Origin: Oikopleura dioica
Lineage: Eukaryota; Animalia; Chordata
Length of the DNA: 64,000 nucleotides
Direction: 5' to 3'
Assembly: GCA_907165135.1 (NCBI GenBank)
Contig: OU015568.1
Span: 12,648,001 to 12,712,000 of the forward strand
Numbering within the stretch: the first letter of the stretch is position 1; each line of letters starts with the position of its first letter. The notes below the pieces were generated by a model that saw only the letters and a list, made by a program, of their open reading frames with translations, was not told the origin of the DNA and searched no databases. Below are positions 22,868 through 35,300 of this stretch, in pieces. Both the position numbers and the translations under genes were made by a program.

Positions 22868-25512
22868 TTATGGCTCGGTTTCAGAGGGAGAATTTGAACT
22901 TTCTGTCCATGGAACTCGCTCGTATGGAACGTCGATATATGCACGAGGAACACATTCAAGAGTTTTAAGTGATTCCGCGGATTTATCCTTGTCTCCAAAT
23001 GCAATTGCCAAGACGCGCATTTCAAGTGAATCGGCCCGCGGAAACTCTGGCGCACAGAAGTTCTCATCGGGTATCTGGATCCAGCAAGTTTTCCCTTCAG
23101 ACGCTAAAAAGATTAAAATATTCACTATCAATAAAGTTGACTAACTTTCAAGGAAACGAAACATCGCATCATGGTCAATCCTTTCGTCGTCTCCTGGGAT
23201 GTAATCTCCGATTATAAACGGAATTCCCTGCGCCGGAAGCTCCCAAAATTCTCTTGGCCGATTGAGAGAGATTACTAATTAAACTTTGAAGACGCTTTAA
23301 TTTTCTATTCCTTACCATCAACAAGTTGAATATGTCCGTAGTCAATGAAATAAACGCGATGCAGCTTATCTTCGTCTCCTAAGTAAACTCCTCTGTAAAC
23401 TTTTTCATCGTAAATAGCCGTCACAAATGATCCAACTTTGACTGTTCCGATTGGTCGAATATGATCTATTTTATCCAAAAGTGCCTTTTCTAAAGACCAG
23501 AGTTCAACTGAAGAGTCCACATCTTGACCCCAAATGAACGAGCCCGAAGGATCGTAACGAGTTATTTTCACGGTCATCAAATCGTCGTTCGGCTATTAAG
23601 ACATAATGAGTTGATAAACTAAAATTCACAAAAGTCTTACCCAAGGAAGATTGTAGATAATGTTAGTAGGTGAACTTGAACATGAGATAGAACTACACCC
23701 AGAGGCTGCCGTATGTTGTGTATTGCCTGACATAACGCTTTGATTTTCGTCAAAGACTTGACGCTCGGTATCTTTCACTATTTCAGGAGCATTGAGGCTT
23801 ATTTCCGATAGTTTTGAGTTGACACTTGAAGAAGTTACGCTAAGGTTGTCTGATGCTGGGGATGGTACTCTTTTCTCTTGTTTTTGGCCAGCTGCATGTT
23901 GCTTTTGAGATTCGAAAGGAGCTGTAGAGCGAGATATATTCTGTTCTGTTTCATTCTTTTGCGTGTCAATTTTAGACGCTTCTTCGAGCTCAAAAATAAG
24001 GCTGCTGACTTCGCTACTGGAATTTGAAGAATTACTCGACGAGGTGGTTTTTGGTACAGCTGATAAGTCTTCTCGGTCGGTTGAAGGCTTCGAGGGAGAG
24101 TTTTTAGAGGGTGAAGGGCTTGAGGCGCTGCGTTGAAGCACGAGAGGACCGTTAGCTGGTTGCTTGAAGATCACCCCGGGAATTGATGGGGCGCGCTGGA
24201 GGTTCATTGGCGATTGTGATGGATAGTTTCGCCTGACTGAGTGGCCAGATTCTCCAGGCACGAACTCACGAACCTTAGAAGGTGACTTGAATTTGAAGCT
24301 CTCATTTTGTGAGCGAATTGATGGCGAGTCGCTCTCAAGAAAGTTCAATTCCTCCAGTATTTTAGAGAAATGAGTCATGTTGTTTTCTGGATGCTTTTTG
24401 TATAATTGGACCATTTGGGGTTCGCCGGAATCAAAAGGGATGATGAAGCAGGAGTAGCCATTCAGGTTTTGGTTCTTCTCGTCGAGGTACATATTGAAGA
24501 TCGATCTACATAAATTTTGGTCGCTTTCACTGTTGAACTTTTCTGGCTCGTAGATTTTACACTTCACGATTTCACTATTGCCTGGTGCTCTGTACAGCTT
24601 CTTGTTGAAAACTTTTCTAATTTCGCCAGTAATAAGCTCGATTTCAGAGTATCCAAAGGGACTCTCATTTGGCACTCTGATCGTTGCCAATTGAGGGATG
24701 ACTTTTTCATCCTTTTCCGACTCTAGCAAGTATATACAGGTCGAGTTGCGCATCTGTGGAGTAAGTTGAAGTTGAGTCAGCGATTCTAATTTGAAGTCAC
24801 TTTGGTGGAAGCTGTTTTTAACCACGGTGAAGAACGGTAGAGAAACAGATTCTGGTATGATTTCTGCTGTAAAGCCTCCCTTCGCGTTTGGATGCATAGA
24901 ACTTTGTGTATCTGTATGATGGCATCTGTTTTGGAAGCCATTGTATCGTGGGTTCTGGTAGTCATTCTGATTCGCACCGTCGAAAAAGTTTGTCCTGCGA
25001 TACGCTACTCTTGCGCTTTTCGGAATGTGGACTTTTGCGCTTATTCCGCCATAATCCCTGCCTCCTGGACCTGGGCCTCCAAGGAACATCGGTCTTGATT
25101 CGTTATTGAAATGTCTGTAAGGTCCTCTATTGGAGTTTATCATCTTCTCCACTCTAGCTGCAACTTCGGGCGAATTAAACGTTGCATACGCGAAGTTCGA
25201 GTTACTAAATCTATATTAGCTTTTTAGGTGATGATTCGTTACCAACCTGCTTTTTCGGTCTGGCTTGATTCTGAGAGAAAGGAGAGTTCCATCCACTTCG
25301 TTGCAAATATTGTTGAGGAGTCTCTCAATATCCCCTTCACCGTGCATTTTGGGAATGTTAAACAAAGCGACTTGTGTGCCATCCTGACAGTCGAATGCGT
25401 TCTCGCTGCTAGAAACCTCCTCGAAATATTCTCTATGATTGCCTCTATAGTTGCTAGTGTGGCTGCCTTGGTAATCTGCAAAGAAATCATCTCTATTGCG
25501 TGATCCCGTCAT
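22868..25512 (-). CDS. RRM + Tudor domain protein with a long Ser-rich linker
   Basis: RRM-like VALFNIP...NFAYATF. Extended Tudor VGSFVTAIYDEKVYRGVY...VYFIDYGH. Confidence 0.65.
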
Positions 25513-25728
25513 TCTAGAACATTCTCGAATTAGCACTCGATTGGAGAACCTTGGAGTTTATTGAAAATTTCTGTCTATCATATGCGGATTTCAGAATGCA
25601 ATATTTTGTAAGAATTTGTTAATGATTTTTCAGCAATGATTTTACTAGTAGAAGAAAAAAGGAAAAGAGGAGAATTAGCACTCCCCAGGCAGATCAGTGT
25701 GAGCGTGGGTGGTCGGACGTTGTCTAAA

Positions 25729-25992
25729 TTAGGCGTAGTAGAGCTCGAGTGAACAGCCGTCGTTGATCTCGTAGTCGTAGAGGGTGACGTTGTCCTTGAA
25801 CACGGTGTACCACTTCTTGAGAACGATCTTCTCATATCTACGCAAGCTTGAAAACACCAAAAACTACGCGAATTCGTACCTGGTACCAGTCTGCGCGGCG
25901 ACTAGCTTTTTCAAGTCACCAACAGTATCCTGCGGGTTGCACTTGATTCTAACCTTTTTGCCCAATCGATCATTAACGATGATTTCTATCAT
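25729..25992 (-). CDS. UBL5: Ubiquitin-like protein 5 (Hub1), 2 exons
   Basis: [38 protein letters not shown]|[10 protein letters not shown]...[14 protein letters not shown]. Confidence 0.95.
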
Positions 25993-26380
25993 TTTTATTC
26001 TTAAGTTTTTCTTGTCAGTGTTGCTAGCTTTACGACATCAAAAGTATTTTTTTGTTGTTGAAAAGAAAAAATGACTAGAGGCAAAAATGTTTTCTCGGAA
26101 AGAGTGAGCTGACTTTGACAATTCATTATTTCAGGGCAATGTTAGCTCTTTAAAAATTTTTCTAGGAAGAAACATGAGTCAAAGATAGAAGGTAGAGAAA
26201 GAACACGGTAAGATAAGAAACAAAATTTGCCTTTTTAATTTTTTTTTAATAGATGTGAGTAGTTCAGGAGGGCAGTATCAAGAGACTGAACGGAGTTACA
26301 ATAACTTGTTTCGCTTTTAAATGTCGTTGCTTTTAATGATGGTGCTTTCTTTTCGTTTTATTGGTCAAATTCTTCTACAG

Positions 26381-26856
26381 TTAGATCAAGTCCGCTACGT
26401 TCATTGGCATTTCATCAATCTGAGTCGAGTAATACTGTTCAATATCTCGCAGAATTCGAATATCGTCGTTCTTAAATATTTCGCTGAAAAGAAAGGCAAA
26501 AAGAAGTCCCTTACTCTGACAAAGTTGATGGCAACACCCTTTCGTCCATATCGACCGGATCGGCCGATTCTGTGGATGTACAACTCACGATTGTTCGGCA
26601 GATCGTAGTTGATGATCAGCGAGACCTTTTGGGAAAGTGGGTTATCAAGAGCGATAAGAGCTGAGAAAGGCGTACCTGTGGGACGTCGAGACCACGGGCC
26701 CAAACGTCGGTGGAAATGAGAACTCGAGTCTGACCGGATCGGAACTCGCGCATAATCTCGTTTCGTTCCTTCTGTGGCATGTCTCCGTGCATCGCCGAGA
26801 CTGTGAAGTTCGCCTCTCGCATCTTTTCGGCGAGCCAGTCGACCTTTCTCTTTGTG

Positions 26857-26887
<31 letters not shown>

Positions 26888-27801
26888 GCGTGTCGTAGAG
26901 ATCACAGAGGGTGTCGAACTTCCATTCTTCGCGCTCAACGGCGACGAAAAACTGCTTGATACCTTCGAGCGTCAGTTCATCACGCTTGACGAGGATTCGG
27001 ATCGGGTCAGACATGAATTTGTGGGTCATCTCGAGGATCTCGTGGGGAAGGGTGGCGGAGACGAGGACGACCTGGGTTGCTGGAGGAAGGTATCGGTAGA
27101 CATCGTAGATTTGTTCTGAAATTGCGTCAAAGTTGAAGCGATAAAAAACGATGTACCTTTGAACCCTCTGTTCAACATCTCGTCGGCTTCATCAAGAATC
27201 AAGAGCTTGATGTTTCGAGTTCTCAAGTTTCGTCGACGAATCATGTCGAAAGTACGACCAGGAGTACCAACGACGACGTGCTGACCGAAATCGAGCTTTC
27301 GGATATCCTCTCCTACGTTCGTTCCACCAATGCACACGTGCGCCTAAGCACTTCAATAGCATCGGAAACAGTTTATAATTATACCTGGACATTCATGTAA
27401 TCACCGAGGGCGAGGATGACTTTCTGGACTTGCTGGGCCAATTCTCGAGTGGGGCAGAGGATGAGAGCTTGGGTCTCTCGGACAGAAGTGTCGAGGACCT
27501 GGAGAGTGGAGATCGAGAAAGTGGCAGTCTTACCAGTACCGGACTGGGCTTGAGCGATGACGTCACGGCCCTAGAAACGCTTGACATCAAGGAAGAGAAT
27601 GCTAGTTACCTTGATGATCTGCTTGATGGCTCTCTGCTGGATGGCCGAAGGTTTCTCAAAGCCATAAGCGTAGATACCTCTCAAGAGGTCCTCTCTGATG
27701 CCCATGGAGTCGAAGGTTGGGACAACATCGACCTCTTCAGAGGTCTCGAACTCGACCTTCTGGAGCTCATCATCAAGCGCCTTGCGTGCACGGGAACTCA
27801 T
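26381..27801 (-). CDS. EIF4A3: DEAD-box helicase eIF4A-III
   Basis: [48 protein letters not shown] and MPMNVADLI*. Confidence 0.95.
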
Positions 27802-27997
27802 TCTGAGAGATAAAAGCGATAAATTAAAAGAGACAAGACATTTTTCTGCGCTGTTCCATTCATGTTCTGTCGAATGAAGGTTCAGGTACAGTAGGGAAGG
27901 ATTCATTCTAAGGTCAATACAATCAGTAGCGCAGTAGAGGAGCTTTCTGGAAGGGGGAGAGTCAGGGAGTGTTTATTCTTCGTTCGGGGATCTTTCT

Positions 27998-29124
27998 TTA
28001 CTTCTTCGGTGGCGGTCTGTAGATGCCAACCACGACTGCGTGATCTCTTTCGTAGGGCTCCAAGGTCAACTGTTCCTGAGGCTTCATTTTCTCAGCCTTC
28101 ATCTTTTTGACCTAAAAAACAAAAGGAAACTCCGATGAATAAATTCGGCATACCTCGGACGCGAAAACGGCTTCTGGCTTGGCAGTGGAGTCGATGCAAG
28201 AGGCCTTGATCGAGATGACAAAGTGACCCTCCGCTTTCAAAAAGTGGTGGGCATTGAGAGCCACGATTCGGGTCTGATCGGGCTGGGCAACGTCAGCGAA
28301 AACACAGTCAACCATGCCGACGAGCATTCTGTATTTGTGGGGGTGTCGGGCATCCTCGATGATGGGGACGATGTTGGTTCGCTTCTTCGCGACGTTGAGA
28401 AGATCTCGGCCGGATCTGTGGGAGAATTCAACGGCGTAGACGAGACCTTCTGGTCCGACGATATCAGACACGTGAGAAACAGTAGTTCCCGAGGCAGCAC
28501 CAAGATAAAGAACCTGAAAAACTATTGAAGGGAGTAGAAAGGGAAGGACTTACTCTTTTGCCAGGAGCGATGTGGATTTTATCAACACCACCGAGAATAG
28601 CAGCAGCGAGCTTAGATCGGAAAGGATTCCACGATCTGTATTCGACTTTCTGGATTGGGTTGGCAGATCCTTCTGGAGCTGGAACCTCAACCTGAGGAAT
28701 ATTTTTAAGCAAAGAATTCGAGCAAGCTATATTTACCTCAATTTTCTTTTCACCGTAGACGGTATCGCCAGGGACCAAGTTCTTGGTGACAAGAACGTCT
28801 TCCTTGCCCTTGGCGATGAAGACTCCTCCGTGTCTGTGGGGCTCGACGATGACCTTGGCACCGCCACCTCGAGCACCCCCTCGGCCACCTCCGCGTCCAC
28901 CGCCTCGTCCACGTCCGCCACCTCGACCTCCGCCGCGGCCGCCGAATCCACCGCGTCCGCCGCCTCGGCCTCCGCCTGAAAAGACAAGATAGAATCTTTT
29001 GAATAGAAAATCCCTGTTTACCTCGGCCACCGCCTCGTCCGCCTCCACGGCCTCTTCCGCCGCCTCTACCTCCACCTCGGCCTCCAAATGGAGCTGGTAG
29101 TGGTGCTGGTGCCATTGGAGCCAT
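27998..29124 (-). CDS. FBL: Fibrillarin
   Basis: GAR/RGG N-terminus, [27 protein letters not shown] and EPYERDHA. Confidence 0.96.
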
Positions 29125-29736
29125 ATTTCTAGAATAAACAAATATTTAATCGGCGGAGTAAATTTAAGATTTTGCAGGAGATTCTCTTAATAAATTAATG
29201 ACTAACTAAAATGACTAATAAACACGTAGAATAGGGATTTATCGCAGGGAAAGACATTTCTCTCTTAGAATTTTTGTTGGCGCATGTTTGGCGGCCAATG
29301 GGAGCGTGCGAAAGAACAAAAATCACTCATCCGGGCTGGATCGAACCACCGCCCGCGTAAAACTGGAAAGCTCGTAGTTTTCAAGAACAACCTTGGTTAA
29401 ATCTTTATTTCTTTTGTTTTTTAAAATACGTTATCTGATATCATCAAAGCCAGATTTATTTGTTTATATGAATATTTTTTTCTTGCAAAATTTATAAAGA
29501 ATCGAAAATAAAGGAGTTTTAGACTCAAGAATTTGATTATCTGAATATAAAAAAATGATACTACAATATATCTGAATTTCATCAGACTCCAAGCCAATAA
29601 AATATTGATATGAAAGCGTAAAAATGAAATCAACGAAGGCGTGGCGTAACACATAAAAAGTTATATTTTCGCCGCCCAGTGAATTGTGAGTCACTTGGAA
29701 AGTTTGTACGCTTTTCGGCAAGAGTCAATTTAAAAA

Positions 29737-31504
29737 ATGAAGAGTTTTGTAGAGGTTCCTGCTAATTCCGACTTTCCCATTCAAAATTTGCCTTTTGGCG
29801 TCTTTTCGACCTGCGAGAATCCGACGCATAGAATCGGAGTCGCCATTGGAGAGCAGATCTTAGGTAAGAACAAGTTTACTATTCACAAGTTACTGTAACA
29901 CACAGATCTTTCGGCTGTTGATGATTCGATCTGGGCCGGCATTGACGCCAACTTGCCATCTGCGTTCAAACAGCCAGTCCTCAATGACTTCATGTCAATG
30001 GGTCGATCTGTCTGGTCTGCAGTAAGAAAAACTCTCCAGGATGATCTTCTTGCTGAAGGGTCATCAAGTCAAGAAAAAATTGCTGCTTGCTTGATCCCGC
30101 AAGCGACTGCTAAAATGCACTTGCCTGCAAAGATTGGGGACTACACTGATTTCTACTCATCGGTTCATCATGCAACGAATGTTGGAATCATGTTTAGAGG
30201 GAAGTTTTTGTTATAATTTATATAGGAAAATATCGCAGGATATGCACTTCAAACGTGAAACATAGCCGATACTTGAAGCCTCATTATAACACTTCATACA
30301 GAGTGCTTAAAACTTCAGATTGATTTCTTGACTGAGTTTTTCACGATCATGTGGAGCGTATTTAAAATCGATCTCTCCAAAAGAGGGCAGTACTTGTCCG
30401 GCACACACCGGGCGGTACAAACGTGCCCTGCTGTGATGATCAGATCGCTCAGATAAAATACGATTAGTATCAAGTTCTACCGTATGTCATTTAAAACTTC
30501 CGAAAGGCAAAGAAAATGCGTTAATGCCAAACTGGACTCATCTTCCCGTCGGCTACCATGGTAGAGCATCCTCTGTTGTCGTTTCCGGAACTCCTCTTCA
30601 TAGACCAAAAGGTACTTTTCTCCAAAATTTATCAAATATAACAAAATCAGGTCAACGAAAGCCAGAAGACGGCCCACCAACTTACGGTCCTTGCCGATTG
30701 ATGGATTTTGAGCTTGAAACCGCATTTTTCGTCGGAAAAGGGAACGACCTCGGCGATTCTATCAATGTCAATGAGACTGCCGATCACATCTTCGGAATGG
30801 TCTTGATGAACGACTGGTCAGCACGAGACATCCAAAAGTGGGAATATGTTCCTCTCGGCCCATTCCTCGGAAAGAACTTTGGAACTACTATCAGGTAGTG
30901 TCGCAATCAAGGAAGAATACCAAAAATATTTCAGCCCTTGGATCGTCACGATGGAAGCAATGGAGCAATTTATTGTTCCAAACATGGAAATGAAAAATCC
31001 TATTCTTGATTATTTGACGATGAATAAGGACTACAACTTCGACTTGAATTTGGCTGTTTCAATCAAGGGCGAGAACCAGTCGGAGTACAACCAAGTTGGC
31101 ACCTCAAACTTCAAGGTGATTATTAAACAAATACAAAAAATTATAATTGATAAGTACATGTACTGGACAGTGGCGCAGCAGCTGGCTCACCATACAGTCA
31201 ATGGCTGCAATTCCCAGCCAGGTGATCTTTATGGCTCTGGCACAATTTCTGGCCCAGAACAAGGTGAATATGGATCCATGCTCGAGTTGAGCTGGAAGGG
31301 CACGCGAACAGTCAAAGTTGGCGACGAAGAGCGAAAATTCATAAAAGGAACCGTTCAAGATTCTCATGAAGAAATCTTGCCTATAAAATGTTTTATGAGC
31401 GGTAAAAAGACGGTGACTCTGTTTTGATCTCCGGCTTCTGCGAGCGAGACGGAGTTCGAATCGGCTTTGGCCCTTGCGAAGGCACCATTCTTCCTTCAAA
31501 ATAA
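29737..31504 (+). CDS. FAH: Fumarylacetoacetase
   Basis: [55 protein letters not shown] and GSGTISG. Confidence 0.95.
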
Positions 31505-31716
31505 ACTTTTTGATGCGCTTCAATTGAGATCTTGAATAAATTAAAAATCCCTCAGAAACTTGATGACGGCGATTCTCATTTCTTGCCCTTTTTATGATAC
31601 GCGCTTATTCATGCGAGCTGTGCGCCGTTGAAAATTTACTCGTGACAGACAATTAAAATTGTCAAAGACAAAGCCCCACAGTTTACAACCAAACGTCGAA
31701 AAAACCGCGAGAAAAA

Positions 31717-32210
31717 ATGGATTCGAATTATAACGAAAATGAACGAAAGCCATGTGAAGAAGGAAAACCTTGTCTCCGATTCAATGGAGTACCTGACCCT
31801 TTAGATGGGACTGTGAGTAAACTTTTTATGATAATTTTATTTACATGTATATTTTTATTATATTTTAATAATTCACTTTAAATAAACGATTTTAGTCGAA
31901 ATACGTTATTTACGGAGCGATTGGAGTTGCCGTTCTTCTTCTCCTCATAATTATATTTTTCGCCATAAGACTCCTAATGAAATCAAAAAAGGGAGACGGA
32001 ATTCATGAGCCGGAGTCCCTAAAATCAGGAACCTATCGCGCTGAATCAAATGCGTACAAGTCCCCCGATGATGGATACATTCCCCCTCGAGTCCAAGCAT
32101 ACTCATATACGCCGGCTCAATCAGCTGAATCAGGTACTAACATTGACGATGGATACGTCGCGCCCAGAAATGATTCGCAAACTGAAGGCTACTTGCAGGA
32201 AAAGTTCTAA
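31717..32210 (+). CDS. Small single-pass membrane protein with a Tyr-motif cytoplasmic tail
   Basis: 2 exons. TM segment YGAIGVAVLLLLIIIFFAI; tail contains DDGYIPP, DDGYVAP and EGYLQ; AATAAA after the stop. Confidence 0.6.
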
Positions 32211-32319
32211 CTGAGGCTATATTAGAATAAAATAACTATTGAAAGCCACTAAAAACTTTCGAAAGCCAAGATTATATGACTACAATCCTCAAACAAGAAA
32301 ATAAGAAACAGTTATTTTC

Positions 32320-35300
32320 TCCTTCACTCCTGTAAATACCTAAAAATTTTCTGCATCAATATAAAATAAAAATCTCTCTTATCAATTCTTTATTTTGCTT
32401 TTCTTCCAAAATAAGGTCCCAATGCAGTAGAAAGTAAACATAAGAATTAAATGAGATCCTAAAATTATGAGAGAAAAATAAAATTGATCATCAGATCCAT
32501 CAGTTGCTTCAAGGTGAAGCTTCTCGCAATCGTCGAAACTAACGATTCTTTGACTCATTGTACCGTTACTGCATATTTTTGAATAACATTCTAAGTGCTC
32601 TGAGCATAATTGACAATAAATAAGTTATTCAAAAACTATCCAAAAGACTTCTAAATCAATATGCAACCATTGTGACAGAAGTATTCCACGGTGATATTGA
32701 TAACTTGTTGAAGTGACCTGAATCATTGGGCCACGTTAATTTACTGTGTTTGTACCTGTAGAAGGTAATCAACCCACTCTTCTGAAAACTGGCCGAGTGT
32801 TTCAGTAACGCCTAACAAGAGCTCAAAAATAAAGCCCGAATGATCTTGGCCAGATCTTCAATTTCTCCAAAGAAAGCCTTTAGAAATATATTTTAGACGG
32901 ACAGAAGCCCGAAAAATAGTTTGAACTCTTTCCTGTTAGCGCAAGAGATGGCAAAAGTATGAGAATACTTTCAAACCATAATTACTAATTTCTCATTTTA
33001 ACCGAGCTTAAAATACAAGCTCAAAATCACGGTCTTGAGCGACCAGAAACAACTATTCTTAGAAAAACAATTCTTTATGTAATGCACTCTTGGAAAGGCT
33101 GCCTTCCAAAAGATAATTTAGTAATTTCTTCCTGAAAACGATAGTTAGATGGTCATTTACGAAGATGACGCCGGCGGAGATAAGCAGTCCAAGCACAGTT
33201 GAATGTAGCTAGAACAAGAGCTTATTTAACCTAACAAGTGTAGAAAAATGAAAAAGGAACAATGGCCCCTCGCTCCCGCGAAGTTCCGGTGGCATGCATG
33301 GTGAATTATCGCTCTGGCTAATAAGGGCCTTGTGCGGTTACCTGAACAAGCCAGAAGATGCCCACGTAGACGCCAAAGTCGGGCAAATTCGCCGCTAAAC
33401 GTGCATCTTAGAAAGTAGCGTTTTAATTGACCGATTTCTCCTCTAATGAAGAGCTACGGCAATCCAAGTCGGAATTTTTATTGCGCAATCTAGTTCAAAT
33501 TTTGTTAGCCCGGAAAGAATTCGTTCTCAGAGGAAGAACGTCGTAAACCTTTAGGGTTCCTGCATCATTACATAAGGGATTACGAGTCAGAGTTACGTGG
33601 GATAGGATCTAAAGGATTAATGGGCAAAGAACCCTGCGAATTTCATAAAGAGACGATATCTAGGGCAGGAGAGCTCATTCAAATGGAAAAAATTGTCATT
33701 AAAAACCACTCTTACAAATCTGAAAACAGCAGTGATCAACCGTATCGCTGGACTGTGCGGGGATTGAACAATGCTCTGAGCGAAGAATAATTAAAGGAGA
33801 TTAGGTAATTCTGGTTTGTGGAATTTTCCCAAGGATGGAAAATATTCTTGAGGAAGTAAGCAATCCTGGATCAATCTTGCCCAATACGTACCGAAGCCGA
33901 AAATCGCGTAGCAAGCCGAAGCAGGGAGTAATGAGTTCAAGATCGACTAAAGACGAGATTTATTAGACAATTACAAATCCTCGCTGGCTTCTTGCCGCCG
34001 CGCATTTCCACGCTCATCCGCTAACAACGCGCTAATGAAGAATATATTGGACTTACGATGAATGTACAAATCAAGAGAATCGCAGTATTCGTCGAAGCTT
34101 TCGAAATTTGAAGCTCTAAAAAGAAATTAAAATTTCGAAATCTCAAAATCCACTCTGCTTGTTTTTCTTTTTACCTTGGACGAAGTAATAAGCATCTATA
34201 AAGACTTTGTTGAACATTCGAGTGGATAGATAAATATTTAAAGTTATCTCGGCGCCGATATTATCACGTCTAAACGTGCAAGTGGGTTACCAGTTTTTCT
34301 AGCTAATTAATTTCAGCTCCTGTATTTCGTCTCCAAGTATTCGGGTGTTTCGAATCGAGCAATAATCTGGTGTTGAAATGAATAGTGGTTATTACCGATG
34401 CCGTGCTTTGAAATCTCATCTGAGCTCAACTTATGACGTTTCGATTTAACCTCTTAGGGTTCTTAGTTACACTGTAAGCTTCTTAGCAGATGCTCAAGGT
34501 TATGCAACAACTTCTTTTCTTGTCGAACTGAAGGTGTAATTAGGAAGCACGCTACGTGTGGGGTACCGTTTGACTGTTTCGCCAGCGAAATTAGCTCATG
34601 TTTGTACACATCGCTTCAGTCGGGCTCGCAAATTAGGGGCTGTTTACAAGAGAAGATTTTTCGTAATGTTATTACTAAGCTCATCAAATATTCAAATCTT
34701 GAAAAGTTCAAATTTCACGTTACAAAATTTCACATGAGTGAGTTTTTATCGGTTCCTGAAGAATCGTATTGGTCCCAAGATAAGTCTTCATAAGAATATA
34801 CTTTTCCGCCCCAAAAGAAGCCATAAAACCGTCATCCCAGATCATATTTTTTGGATTCAGCCAAAAACACGCATAAAATCCAAGTGTGAAGAATGGTAGA
34901 AGAATTGATTCAAGAAAACATCGATTGATTGTCAGGTAACGGAAAAGGTGATAAATTAGCATTCCGATTTGTCGAAATCCATGATTTGATCGCTTCTTTG
35001 AAAACTTTTGCGATCTGTTACTTACTCTCTTACTAAACCACTTCGACTAACATAGAAAATTTCAGATAAAATTTTGACATTGAAAAGTATTTCAGCCTTG
35101 GGAGTAACAGTAAGCTTGAACGTATTTTTGCGGTATGAATAATTGTCCGTGACAGATTCCTGCGTGTCTTGAGCATATGTAAACTCCACCGCCATGTCCA
35201 TGCCAACGATAAGGAGGTGTTCGTCGAGTTTTCTCTCGAATTTAGCGCCCAATTGCAAATGATAGTTGATCACGGAGAGGTCTTCTGTTTTATTGTTCAT

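Noticed and set aside
28783-29090. GC-rich repeats and a Pro/Arg ORF on the + strand
   Set aside because: Antisense of the fibrillarin RGG domain.
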